Source: the human T2T-CHM13v2.0 reference genome, Homo sapiens. From it: a DNA stretch of 64,000 bases. The notes beneath the pieces were generated by a model. It had not been told where the DNA came from. It worked only from the letters and a program-made list of their open reading frames with translations, and did not search any database. The position numbers and the translations under genes were made by a program. Positions 11,825 to 27,076 of this stretch are shown here, piece after piece; positions within the stretch are counted from its first letter, which is position 1; each line of letters begins with the position of its first letter. Location of the stretch: the NCBI RefSeq assembly GCF_009914755.1, contig NC_060930.1, one strand, 5' to 3'.

Positions 11825-12079
11825 AAACTTTTAGTTTGAAAACTTGATTTAGAAGGAGAAAAGAGGGCAAATCTGACCAGCTTTTAAAATTTCATATTGC
11901 AATTGACTAGCTCCTTTAATTTTAGAATTATTATAAGATGGTCAGGGCTATTTTGATAGATGGAAAAACATGTTAATGGCTACAGCTGTATAAATTAACA
12001 GTGAAAATGATTATTTTTTCCAGTTTCCTGTCTGCAGAAAGGCATCGAAATAAGTTACTGTGATTGTACCAATATAGTT

Positions 12080-12373
12080 CTTTTTTTTTTTGAGACTGAC
12101 TCTCGCTCTTTTGCCCATGCTGGAGTGCAGTGTTGTGATCTCGCTCACTGCAACCTCTGCCTCCCAGGTTTAAGCGATTCTCGTGGCCTCAGCCTCCCGA
12201 GTAGCTGGGATTACAGGTACCTGCCACCATGCCCGGCTAATTTTTGTGTTTTTAGTAGAGATGGGGTTTCACCATGTTGGCCAAGCTGATCTCGAACTCT
12301 TGACCTCAAATGATCCACCTGCCTCAGCCTCCCAAAGTGCTGGGATTACAGGCGTGAGCCACCGCTCTCGGCC
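12080..12373 (-). mobile_element. AluS with TSD tacca(a/g)tatagttct
   Basis: Full antisense dimer. Confidence 0.92.
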
Positions 12374-13300
12374 TACCAGTATAGTTCTGATAGGTTATTT
12401 AATGGTTGAGGAAGGCCCCATCCATCTAGTTGCATTGCAGATCATTCTTCCTAAAATATCTCTGAAGAAACAGGTTTTTCTGGATTTTGTACGGCCGTTT
12501 TATAAATGCAGCTGCAAGTTGATATGACATATAATCTGGGAAAACAAGCAGTGGTATTAGTTAATCCTGAAATGCAGCTGTAGCTCAGTGTCAGTAGGTA
12601 AAAGGATTCGTGTAAAAACTTTGCTTCAGAATAGCCAGTGCCCAACCTACAACTGACTTTTGTTCCAAAAACTTGTTTGTAAGTCTGCTGTTTGGAACTT
12701 TGACCCTTATTTCAAAATCCGTAAGGTGATTTATTCCTGGGTCAGGTCAAGAAAAGCCTTTTCTACCTGAAATTGGATATTATGTGCAGTTATAAATATT
12801 AATAATTCACATAACCTAACAATCTTCCTAAAAAATATTTTCCAAGTTCAACCTTGGGATGCCCTGCCAGAGAATCAGAGACTGTCCTTCTGCTGACGCT
12901 TGCCACCACGCTGTATCTGGCAGTCAGAGTGTGGCCCCGGTGCCTGAGCCCTCTTAGGACTCTGTTCAGCCATGAGGTTAGAGAGGAATCATGGCCTCTG
13001 GAGTTCTAATGGCCCCGTGGCCACTTCCTAGCTCTGTGAGTGTGGGCAGATTGTTCAACCTCTCTGAGCCTCCTGCCTTGCAGCGTTTTTGTGAGGATTT
13101 GAAACAATAAATGTAAAAGCCTGGGGATATAATAAACATGAAGTAATTAGTAGGCACAATGGGAATATTTATATAATAGTACAATATATAAGAGATGTAA
13201 AAATAATTCATCAAGATTCATGCAAATTTCAAGCCCTGAAGGTAGCAAATACTTTATTGTAGATAATGGCTACTTCACAAAACATACACAAAAGAAATAG

Positions 13301-13655
<355 letters not shown>

Positions 13656-14049
13656 GATCCTAAGCTATCTTAACTGTAGAAATGAATTTCTCAGAGGAAT
13701 AGGGCAGTAATCATAATAAGTAAATGGCAGAGTCAGTATTGCCATTGCTTGGTGGCTTCATTGATGCCCCTTTAATAATATTTCTGTAGATAAGGAGCTT
13801 ATAGTTTAGTCAGACCTTATTACTACCCAATTCTGTCTTTTATTTTTCCAGAAATGGTATGTTAAGAGTAGATGTACCTGTATTCAACACATCTGTTTCC
13901 ACGTTTGTTTCTTTTTTACTTGAGACTGGCAAATAAGATTAAACCAAAAGATAAAACAGGACCTCATTTTTTCAAAAGGGCTGTGTTTCAGTTATCCTTT
14001 GACTAAGGGCAGAGGTAGGAGTAGAGAGTATGTAGAAGAAAAAGGAGAT

Positions 14050-14431
<382 letters not shown>

Positions 14432-15379
14432 TCATGTCCCTCCTGTGCTTCACTCAGTCATCTGTCTGATAAGCTGTGGGAAGGCTGATGGAGCCTGGTC
14501 CTGGTGCAGGGGCCGTCTGTGTGCCCCACTGGTATATATCCCAGGACAGTCTGGCTGTCCTCGAAGAGCAGCTGAGGAGAGGTTAATCAGAACACCTGTA
14601 CGGCACCCATAATTCAGGCAGCACAGACACTGGCATTATGCCTGTCCTGAGGCGTTGTCCTGTGCTAAGTGTGGTCCAGTTAGATGCTGGATCCTAGGAG
14701 GTCTTAGGCCAAGGCGGGTGAGTGGCAGGAAGGAGGGCTCTTGAGATGGAGGCTTATGGACAGGGCTACTTAGCAGTTGACACAGACATATTTTAACATC
14801 TTAAAAAACAGTAGGATTTATCCGTGCAGATGGGCACTGTTGACTATGGCCCTCCTGCAGCAGGCCAGACAACACAGGATACCCTACAGCTAAAGAACAG
14901 CCTGGAGATCGAGACCTTGGGACCAGTCTCATCTTTGGGAATGTCACCAAGGCTGCTGAAGGTCTGGGTAGGTCCTCTGGGCCTGCTGAGTGCAGACGAG
15001 TGACTCCAGGGTCTCTGCCCCTGATGTCCACCCTCGTTTCACGCCAGCCTGCACTTGAGGACCCTTGGCTTCCAGCTCACCGGCGTGTGCCATGAGCCTC
15101 TGTGGCCATTGATTGAGCAAGCCGCCTAGGGTTTTTGTAGGGTGAGCCCCAGGCTGGGCACAATAGCGTATTCAAGCATGAGGGCACAGTTCAGATCGGC
15201 AGTCTAGTAAAGAAAATTCAAACTCATGTCACTGTTCAGAATTGGAAAAATCGAAATAACCCAAGGAGACTGAGAGGCGTTCTGGAGGCGACTCATTCAT
15301 ATACAAAGACAGTTTTATCATATTAAATTCGTGCTGTTAAATGATTTTCCTCTGGGGGTGGATTTTTAAACATTTTTCA

Positions 15380-15670
15380 AATTTTATTTTTTAATTGACA
15401 TAAGTGTACCTGTTTATGGGGTAGATAGTGATGTTTCGATAGATACAAGGTGTAGTGATCAGATCAGTGTAATTAGCATATCCATCGTCTCAAACATTTA
15501 TCATGTCTTTGTGTTGGGAACATTCAGTATCTTCCTTCTAGCTATTTTAAACTATCGCTTATTGTTAGCCGTAGTCATCCTACAGCGCGTAGAACACTAA
15601 CACTTATTCCTCCTGTCTAGCTGGAATTTTGAATCAACTAAGAAATCTTCCCATCTCCCCTTTCCCCCTG
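15380..15670 (-). mobile_element. L1M 3' fragment just upstream of BPHL exon 2
   Basis: gatcagatcagtgtaattagcatatccatc...atttatcatgtctttgtgttgggaacattc. Confidence 0.7.
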
Positions 15671-15695
15671 TGGGGATGTGTTTTTTCTCTTCTAG

Positions 15696-15799
15696 CACCT
15701 CGGTAACCTCTGCCAAAGTGGCTGTGAATGGCGTTCAGCTGCATTACCAGCAGACTGGAGAGGGAGATCACGCAGTCCTGCTACTTCCTGGGATGTTAG
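15696..15799 (+). CDS. BPHL: BPHL coding exon 2
   Basis: ttctcttctag|C ACC TCG...; TSVTSAKVAVNGVQLHYQQTGEGDHAVLLLPGML; donor G|gtctgg. Confidence 0.95.
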
Positions 15800-16489
15800 G
15801 TCTGGGTACTTTTTAATGGAATGTTTTTGCATGCTGTAAAATCTATGATGCATTCACAATACTAGATGCCAAATACTGATGATTAATTTTAGTGCTTTTT
15901 TGAAATGTTTTCATATTTGCTACAATCAAACTTAAATGACTTAGAAAAGTAGGTAACTTTCTACTGCTGTTCAGAATTGGATTTTTTATTCCTTTAGTAA
16001 AGTACCCAGTTTTTCCTATTGCAAGTACTCTGTGAAATCACAGTTGCCCATAATTTGGGAGGGTGACAGGGGTCAAGGAAAGGGGTGTGGGAAGAAGGTA
16101 AAGGAGGAACGTGAGTGGGTAATCAGTCATCCTAGTTTGCTTGGCGTTGGGGGATTTTCCAGGATGTGGGACTTTCAGTGCTAAAACTAGAGTGAATTGA
16201 TCACTTGTTGTGGTTGATAATATATTCCGTTAAAATAAGAGGTAAGAAAAAAAAAACCTCAGTTTGATTCTTTTTAGAAATCAGAGTTAGATTGGCATAT
16301 TACCCTCTCTCAATATATGGGCCATAATAAAGCCTACTGGATCTCAATCTCATTTTGCAGAACTGGAGTTCAGATGTAGAAAGTTCAAGGGAAAAATTTG
16401 CAGTGATTCCAGTACATCCGAAATCTGGTTTTAAGGGTGTTAGTATTGTTGCTTTATTTTTGATTTAGTTAAATAATCCTAATATTTAA

Positions 16490-16826
16490 TCTCAGTATTC
16501 CTGGGGGACTGGATCCAGGAAGCCCTCAGATCCCAAAATCTGAGGATCCTCAAGTCCCTGATATAAAATAGCTCAATGTTTGCATGGAAGCTACGCATGT
16601 TCTCCTGTATACTTTAAGTCATGTCTAGATTACTTACCATATCTCATGCAATGTAAATGCTGTGCAAATAATTGTTATTTTGTATTGTTTAGGGAATAAT
16701 GACAAGGAAAAACGTCTGTACATGTTCAGTACAGACCCAACCACCCATTTTTTTCCCGAAATATTTTTGTTCCGAGGTTGGTTGAATCCACAGATGTAGA
16801 ACCACGGATAGGAAGGCTGACTGTAC
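16490..16826 (+). mobile_element. MER2 (TcMar-Tigger) element
   Basis: gtatactttaagtcatgtctagattactta...gggaataatgacaaggaaaaa..tctgtacatgttcagtacagac...ggctgactgta. Confidence 0.8.
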
Positions 16827-17087
16827 TTATTTCTTTGTGATTTGCTTCTTTCTAAAAGTGAAGTGCTAAAAAGGTTCCACTTGACTGAGCCTCAGCGGAT
16901 CGTGGCACTGTTGCACGTGTGTCTAAATGGTGTTTGGTACCTTTGTTTTCCTTAACCTGATGAACAAGGACACTGACTCTCATGGCTGATGGGGAGCTAA
17001 AGTTATCTGTAAAAACATTGCCTATCTTAGCTTTCCATTATTTCGGTATTGCAGTCATTGTCCAGGTGCTAAAAACTTACCAATTTA

Positions 17088-17384
17088 ATTTTTTTTTTTT
17101 TTTTTGAGAGGGAGTCTCACTGTTGCCCAGGCTGGAGCCAGTGGCACTATCTTGGTTCACCACAACCTCTACCTCCCAGGTTCAAGCGATTCTCCTGCCT
17201 CAGCCTCCTGAGTAGCTGGGATTACAGGTGTGCACCACCATGCCTGGCTAATTTTGTATTTTTAGTAGAGACGAGATTTCACCATGTTGTCCAGGCTGGT
17301 CTCAAACTGCTGACCTCAGGTGATCTACTCGCCCCGGCCTCCCAAAATGCTGGGATTACAGGCATGAGCCACAGCACCTGTCCC
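17088..17384 (-). mobile_element. AluS
   Basis: Full antisense dimer; TSD ccaatttaattttttt. Confidence 0.92.
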
Positions 17385-18439
17385 CAATTTAATTTTTTTT
17401 TATGTAAAGTATTAGCATGATTCCAATATTAAAAAAAATGGACCAGAGGAGATTCTCTCTCCTGTCCTATCCTCAGCACCCAGTTCCCCTCCCCACAGGC
17501 CTCTCAGATGTTACATGCTGATAACTATGTACATGTATTCCTTAAATGTTTTTTTAAGTTTTATATTCTTGGCACTGGTCTTCAAATGTGTACATGTGTG
17601 CCAGGGAGCAAATGCCTTCTTGTTTCTGAAATTGGTCTTTTAGACTGTTCTTTTTTCCCATCTTCTCACCTCCTGCCCCTCCTTCAGGGTACTTCCGTGG
17701 CCAGAACCCCTCCAGGTCAGAGGCAGAAGAGAAGCCTCATGGGTCACAGCAGCAGATGTGGGCTGGAGATCTATTCATTTGGTTTTGGCTTGAATTTTCT
17801 GAATGGTTTACTTGATCTTGGGAAAGATATATCTTGCCAGGAAAAATGATAGGCCTTGACAATGTTGAATGATCCTGCACCACCTTGAAAGACATTTTCT
17901 AATATGGTTTGTCAGGCAAAGTGGTTAGTAGTCATTTGTGGCCTGAGGTAGAAGTCCTCAGAAATCAGCAGACTTCACTGATAAAATGCTGACTTGCCCC
18001 TGGACTGGGCTCTGTGAGAGTGGCCTTCTGCACTGTGCACAGTAGGTGTGAACACACCACACCTACAGGGACCACGTGGTGGGCTGTGGACTAGCGGCCA
18101 AGCTCCCTGCAGGCCCACTAATAGAATTCAGCTTTTAGCATGGGCTGTTTCATACTGTTCTGATGAAACTGATTTGGTTTCTTTCCTCCATACCCCTTCT
18201 GCATTTCAGTGTTTTTGTTTAGTTTTCCTGGTTTTTAATTATAACTACAAAATAAAATCTTTAGGCTATTCACCTTAGCTTAGTAAAAAAAAAAAAAATT
18301 AAAAATCTGGAATTTTAGAATTCTACTTTGAATAACTTGGACCAAATCTCATAAATTTCTTTGCAGATATTATAGAGATCCCTCTCATGTGTAAGTCATT
18401 GTTTTAAGAAGAATAGATAACCCAGAAGCATATCTGTGA

Positions 18440-19100
<661 letters not shown>

Positions 19101-19279
19101 CCTGCCTCCTTTCTTCGAGTGGATGGATTAAGTCATTGCAAGGCTGCTTTCCTGATTACATTCTGACCACTTTGAGTAGAAACTACTTTGCTTTTAAGAT
19201 TGTTATTGCTTCTGTTTTCACTGTAATGTGTTTGATAGTGAAAGCGATCACCTGAGGGTAACCAAGTGGCTGTTTTTAG

Positions 19280-19446
19280 GAAGTGGAGAGACTGATTTTG
19301 GACCTCAGCTCAAGAACCTCAATAAGAAGCTCTTCACGGTGGTCGCCTGGGATCCTCGAGGCTATGGACATTCCAGGCCCCCAGATCGCGATTTCCCAGC
19401 AGACTTTTTTGAAAGGGATGCAAAAGATGCTGTTGATTTGATGAAG
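19280..19446 (+). CDS. BPHL: BPHL coding exon 3
   Basis: GSGETDFGPQLKNLNKKLFTVVAWDPRGYGHSRPPDRDF...DLMK, with the alpha/beta-hydrolase DxRGYG motif; AG/GT borders. Confidence 0.96.
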
Positions 19447-19783
19447 GTAGGTCTCTGAGGGAAGGGCCAGGGGAGGAAGGGTGGCTGGGCCTGTCTTCAT
19501 TTATTTTGTTTAAATTTTGTTGTTATATTTTTCTACAAAATAATACCATGTGATTGCTATAGAAAACCCCAAGAGTTCAAATAGGTATAAAGAAGAAAGT
19601 AGAAATAGCCCACAGTCCAGCTCTCTAGAGACACTACCAAATCTTGGCGGCTCTGCTTTCTGGCCAGTCTTATTACATCACAAACGCAGTTTCATATTGA
19701 TGGCATCGTGCTACACCTAACGTTTTTCTAACTTACTATTTTTGTTGAACAATTTTTCAAGGAAATAACTTTCATGTCAATAA

Positions 19784-20156
<373 letters not shown>

Positions 20157-21082
20157 TATTTCACCAGTTTTCTAATAGTAGATAATTAACTTAATTTTTA
20201 AGTTGCCTTTTTCTGCTGTTATAAATAGCAGGCAGTGAACATTCTGTTGCTCGTGGGCATTTTCATTTTTTTGCCACTATAAACAGTATTGTTGTGGACA
20301 TCCTGGACTGAGCTCCTGGCACACAGGGAGAATTTCATACACATTTAGGAGACAATTTGCTAGGTGATGGAAGTTCCAGATGTTCATTTTGCAGGATAGT
20401 GCCACAGTAGTTACACCATTTTATGGTCCGGGCAGCAAATATCTTGGAGTAATATTAATTCTTTACCTTTAATTTTCCAGTCATTCCATTCTTTTTTCTT
20501 GGCGGCCTCTCTAAGATGTAATCTTTGTCCATTTTCCCTGCCAAACGCATGTCCAGACCCTCTCTGATTCACCCGCGGACTCACACAACCTCCCCATGAC
20601 GCTGTTCTCTGACAGCCTGGCTCTTGCCAGTTCTTCCCACAGTTGCTTTACCAGATACCCTGCTTCACTCCATCCAGCAGAGCTCAGGGTCCCCTCTCTG
20701 ATCTACAGAACTGTTCTCAAGGTCCTTGCTCAGGCATGCATATGCACACACGTGCACACGCATACACACGTATGCTGTATTTGTCATATTTAAGTACTTG
20801 GTCTCCATTGATTCTAGTTCCTTGAGCTTTTTATCCAACCAGAAGATGTAGTTCCCTCCTAATTCAAACCCATACCGTATGCTCAGGTTTTTGTGACAAT
20901 TTCCACTAAAAGTAATTAAGAGAAAACATGATGTCATCAAATGGTGGACTCTAGGGTTTTTCTTTTCTGACTAATTGATACTCCAGCCTCACACCTGTAT
21001 TGATTCTGATAATTAGTGATTCAGTTTCTTTTAACAGAGAGGAGCAATAACCCGTGCCGTGCATTTTGTCGTATGATCATAG

Positions 21083-21236
21083 GCGCTGAAGTTTAAGAAG
21101 GTTTCTCTGCTGGGGTGGAGTGATGGGGGCATAACCGCACTCATTGCTGCTGCAAAATATCCATCTTACATCCACAAGATGGTGATCTGGGGCGCCAACG
21201 CCTACGTCACTGACGAAGACAGCATGATATATGAGG
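21083..21236 (+). CDS. BPHL: BPHL coding exon 4 (catalytic Ser, GWSDG)
   Basis: ALKFKKVSLLGWSDGGITALIAAAKYPSYIHKMVIWGANAYVTDEDSMIYE; GxSxG nucleophile elbow; catag| and |gtaggt borders. Confidence 0.96.
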
Positions 21237-21549
21237 GTAGGTTCTGCGAAGGGGAGATGCCGGGACGGCAGATCCTTCCCCTCTCTCCGCATCTCATCTC
21301 TTATTGTGGGATATGTTGACAAGACACATCTCTCGTGCTTCTAGTTCTCAACTCTCAGGTAGGAAGAATAACGAGTTCTCAGAAAAGTAATGCAGTTTAA
21401 CCAGTCTGAGTTTTAAAGCTTTCTGTTTCCAGGAGTGAAACTTCCATGGCTCAGGAAAAGGCTAAGTAAAATCACTATTTCTATTTACTACTACTGATAA
21501 TGAACTTCAGGGAAGGAGGGGGTGGTGTGAAGTGTTATTAATAATCTCA

Positions 21550-21825
<276 letters not shown>

Positions 21826-21841
21826 TCAAGCCTGTCTTTGA

Positions 21842-22202
<361 letters not shown>

Positions 22203-24587
22203 TAGCCTGCCTCCCACTTTTGTGCAGCCCACGTACCAATCGAGGTGGCTAGTGCTGTGAGTCACAGAGACCAAGCTGGGGTGTCCCTTTACCACCCAGC
22301 ATTGCTGCCCCAGACCTGCACTGGTGGTCACTACACAGGGGTGACTGTTGGCAATGAGCAGGCACCCAGCCATGGAATTTCAGTCAGCAACTCAGGAGTT
22401 GCTTAGCCTCCAGCAAGCTGCCCCATTGAGATGACCAGGCTCTTGGGAGGAAAGAAGGGTGCACCAGGATCTAGGGGTTGCTAGGACAAGAAGTGAAACT
22501 GACCTGCGTTACCCTACTACCCCCACCTGCCAGCCTGGCCCACCAGGACCCTCTTCCTCAGGCCACTAGCTTTTTGTCCAAGTGTGAGTCTAGTGGATCC
22601 CAGATGGCCTGCCCCAGACACTTAGGACTAGGTGGGTCAGGTGTTTTCTCTCCTCATGTGTAAGTATCTACATAATGTCTTTGATTTTGCTTCTTGGCCA
22701 GCAAAACCTAAAATATTTATTTACTCTCTGGCCCTTTACATAAAAGGTGTACAGATCTCTTCGCTAGAATATCACAAGTCTAGTCTTTTTCAGCTATTCG
22801 ACAATTCACGTGACTTTTAAGTACGCTACTTAGTGGCAGCGTTCTGTTGTAGAATTGTAGTTCTTCACAGTCTTTCTGTTTTTTAAATGAATATGAAGCT
22901 CTTACGGTGAGTCTGATGTGGTTGCCAGTCCTGTCTGTGCTCCTGCTTGTCCTTATTTTGCTCCTGCCTGGTATCCATCTTGTGCACAGTAGGCCATTCC
23001 GCTCTGTGAAGGGTCTGTCCCCTCCCGCGGCCTCTAGGACAGGCTGCCTTGAGTTCTTCCTCCCTCTCCTGTATCCTTAAATTCTCTCCACTGGGTCAGT
23101 CCTCTCAGCCTGCAAAAGTGGGCACAATTCTTCCTCCAGAAAGTTGCCACTCCTACCTGTGGTTACTATCTTCCCATTCTTTATTCTTTCCCACAAACTT
23201 ATGGAAAGAGCCACCTGCATTCCCTGCTTCTAGGGATCCTCCTTTCCTTCCTTCTTTAGTCCATTCTGCCCCATCTCCCTCTCTGGCCCATTCTAGCCCC
23301 CTCTACTGAAACTCTCCTCACTGACCCCTGCCCACTTGTTCTTTCCCATAATCACTATCTCAGTTCATGGCCTGCAGATGACCCGGCATCCAGGCAGAGT
23401 CCCAGATGCATCCCTCGAGGGCCCAGTCCTCCTCTGCCCTCTTCATTTGCCCACCTTGCCCTGTTCATTGAACTGTGATGCTTTCTGTTGTTACATAATA
23501 CCCCTCCAGTTATCCTCACCTCTCTTCTTTCCCCACATTCTCCTGGTTTAGGCCGCTAGCTTCATATGGTAGTTTGTTCTCCATAGGAGAGTTTCCTTTG
23601 TAAGGCAAAAATCTAATCACTTAATTCCACTAGAGGACTTAAAATCCTTCACTAACCAGCAAAGTCCGTGCAGTTTGGCTGGCCCCTCCTGCCAGCCCCT
23701 CCCCGGACATTCTCCCATCTCCCCTTTCTCCTCATCCTTCCGGTGCCTCTCCCACGTGGGATAAATGGCCATTCCTGGAACAAGCTTCCCCCTCATGCCT
23801 CTTCGCCTTTGCAACTGCTGCTGTGCCAGCTTGCACCAGCCTTCCCCTCAGCCACATCCTCTGCCAGGGCATATTCACCCCTGACACAGCTCCTTGGGCC
23901 TCCGCGTCTGGGATGGCGTCCCGGAGCCCTGAGACCTGGCGGTGCTCTCCCTCCTGGACCCCGCCACACCTTGCACGTGCCTGTGTCACGGCCCTTCAAC
24001 CCCGGGCACTGTCAGCACTTACTCCCTTGCCTCGGTCACCGCAGTGGGAACTCACTGTGTGCAGTTGCTCTGACTTTCCTTTCTTGATGAAAGCAAGAGT
24101 CTCTCAGTAGCGCAGCACTCTTTACTCTCTGACGTCTCGCTACTTCCCCTCCTGGCTACTCTTTCTTTTTCATCCCCCATCCTCTCCTAACTTGTGTCAA
24201 GATGGCTGTGGCCCGCCAGTGTGCTAGAGACCAAGCCCCCACCACGCACCTCCTCTTGGCTCCTTGGTCATTCTGCAGCGTTTGAGAACATGCTCATGAT
24301 GTGTGCGCCATTGGTTACACCCCTCTTCTTGAAGCTTTCTCTGTCTGGAAGTTCTTGCCACCGTGTTCTCCCGACTTCCCTCCTCTCTCAGGCTGTTCCC
24401 TGGCTGACACGTGCCTGCTCCCCCATGTGGGCCACAGTGTTGGGGTCCTCCAGGCGTCACCCTCAGTGCTCTGCTCCCCTCTTACCCTCACACCTCACAC
24501 CTGAGTAGCTTCACTCAGCTCCTTGCTCCACCTAACTCCCAAACCCCACATGTTCGACTGTTGTTTTTTTTTAAGAGACAAATTCTC

Positions 24588-24920
24588 ACTGGGTGTGGTG
24601 GCTCACACCTGTAATCCCAGCACTTTGGGAGGCTGAGGCAGGAGGATCACTTGAGCCCAGGAGTTCAAGACCAGCCTGGGCAACGTAGCAAGACCCCGTG
24701 TCTACAAAAAAATACAAAACGTAGTCAGGTGTGGTGGCATGTGCCTGTAGTCCCAGCCATTTGGGAGGCTGAGGTGGAGGATCACCTGAGCCGGGGAGGT
24801 TGAGGCTGCCGTGATCTGTGATTACACCACTGCACTGTAGCTTGGGTGACAGAGGCGAGACCCTGTCCCAACAACAGCAACAACAACAACCAAAAGAAAA
24901 AAACAGAAAGAAAAGAAAAA
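24588..24920 (+). mobile_element. AluJ with (CAA)n-derived tail
   Basis: Full dimer. Confidence 0.9.
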
Positions 24921-26449
24921 GACGAGTTCTCACTATGTTGCCTTATTCAACTTTTTATTCAATTTTCTTATCTGGTTGTCTCACACCTACTTTAAATTCA
25001 GTCTGTCTAATACTGAATTCATGATCTTCTCTCTAGGCCTGTCCCTTCTGCTAAATTTCTTGTCATTATAAATAATACTCTTTCTCCCTGAAAATAATAT
25101 TTTAATTACTATTTATTGAGTGCCTGCCGTGAGCTAAAGTCTTTAACAACGTGATATCCATGTAAGGTCTCTGATTCTCAGCCTGCTTGTCAAGTGAAAA
25201 ACGGGGGCTCACAAAAGTGAGGAAACCTTCCAGACCACATCCCCCACACTGCGGCCTGCAGCTCACTGCACTCTTCTCTTCTGCTGGGCTCTGAGTGGCC
25301 CCATCTTGCCCTCCCCCTCTCTCCCTCCCACCAGGCTCCCGCCAGCCTCGTTGGTCCCGTCTGGGCTGATTCTGTGCCTCTCCAACCGGTCCAGGTCCTT
25401 GCCTCCTACCAGTCTGCCTTCCATGATGCTCTGATAGCAATTCAGCAATATGTGAATCTCATGGTGTCTTACTTTAAGCCTTCCAGGACTCCCCACAACT
25501 TTCCTGATAAAGTTCAGGCTCCTTCACTTTGCTCACGGAATGAGTGGCCCGGCCTCTGCCTCTCCAGGTCCCCTCCCCCCACTTTCCCCTCCCAACCACC
25601 AGTGTCCAGCCATCCGAGACCACCTGGGTCCCTGCAGCAGGTGGCGGGCTCCTGCCTCCTTGTGTGGGCCCTTCCCGCTCCCTTCCCACTCCTTCACTTG
25701 TTTGCTGACTTCTCTTCTCCCAGAATGGCCCAAGCATTCCATCTTCTAGGAAGCCCTCACCGCCGCCACCCCGTGTCCACTGCCCGTGTGAGCACACAGG
25801 CCACTCTGCTACAGATGGACGGCTGGTTCTTGTACCCGTCTCCTGGGGTGTAGGAGCAACAGTATCTCTCTAGGGTCTAAGTCCATGAGTGAAATTGCTG
25901 AGTGTTGTGGGCAGGTAGACTACATTACAAGTGACAGATTATTTTCCAGCAAAATAAATTTACACTTCCACCAGCAATAGATGAGATTCTTAACTTTTAG
26001 CTCTTCAACAAAAACTTGAAATTCTCAGACTTCTTAATTCACTAGCCAATCAAATGGGTGTAAGATATTATCTTATTGGGGTCTTAATTTGCATTTCGTA
26101 TTACTAATAAGATTGAAAATCTGTGTTTATCCACCATTTGAGTTTCTTCTGTATTATATCCATGTATTTTTATTGGTGAAAAGTTTTTTGTTATGTAATA
26201 ATTGATACACACAATACAGTATGTTTGGGTATACAGTATGAAATGTAACAACAAAACGACCCCGCCGCTGTCCACCCAACTCAGCACCAGAACAGTTTCA
26301 ATGTTATCCCAGTGTTACTCTAATCCTAGTCAGTAACCCCTTTTAGGGTAACTGTGTTGCAAGCACCTCTTCACAGTGGGTGGCTTTTGCCTTTTTCTTT
26401 ATGGGCAGAACTACTTAATGTAAGGAAATGCCACAGTGTTTTGTTTTTC

Positions 26450-27076
26450 TTTCCTTTTTCTTTTTCTTTTCTTTCCTTTTTTTTTTTTTTTTTTGAGACA
26501 GGGTCTCCACTATTGCCCAGGCTGGAGTGCAGTGGCACCATCTCAGCTCACTGCAGCCTGCTTGCTCAACATCAAACTATCCTTCTGCCTCAGCCTCCCA
26601 AGTAGCTGGCACTACAGGCGTGTGCCACCACACCTGGCTAATTTTTTTTTTTTTTTTTTTTGAGACGGAGTCTCGCTCTGTCACCCAGGCTGCGCAGTGG
26701 CGTGATCTCGGCTCACTGCAAACTCCGCCTCCTGTGTTCACGCCATTCTCCTGCCTCAACCTCCCGAGTAGCTGGGAATACAGGCGCCTGCCACCACGCC
26801 CGGCTATTTTTTTGTATTTTTAGTAGAGACGGGGTTTCACCGTGTTATCCAGGATGGTCTCGATCTCCTGACCTCGTGATCCGCCTGCCTCGGCCTCCCA
26901 AAGTGCTGGGATTACAGGCATGAACCACCGCGCCTGGCCAATTTTTGTATTTTTTGTAGAGACGGGGTTCCGCCACATTGCCCAGGCTGGTCTTGAACTC
27001 CTGGACTTAAGTAATCCACCCACCTCAACCTTCCGAAGTGCTGGGATTACAGGTGTGAGCCACCATGCCGCCCGGC
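26450..27076 (-). mobile_element. AluJ with a nested AluY (~26642-26938) in its middle A-rich linker
   Basis: Order is J right arm, poly-T, full Y-type dimer, J left arm. Confidence 0.88.
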
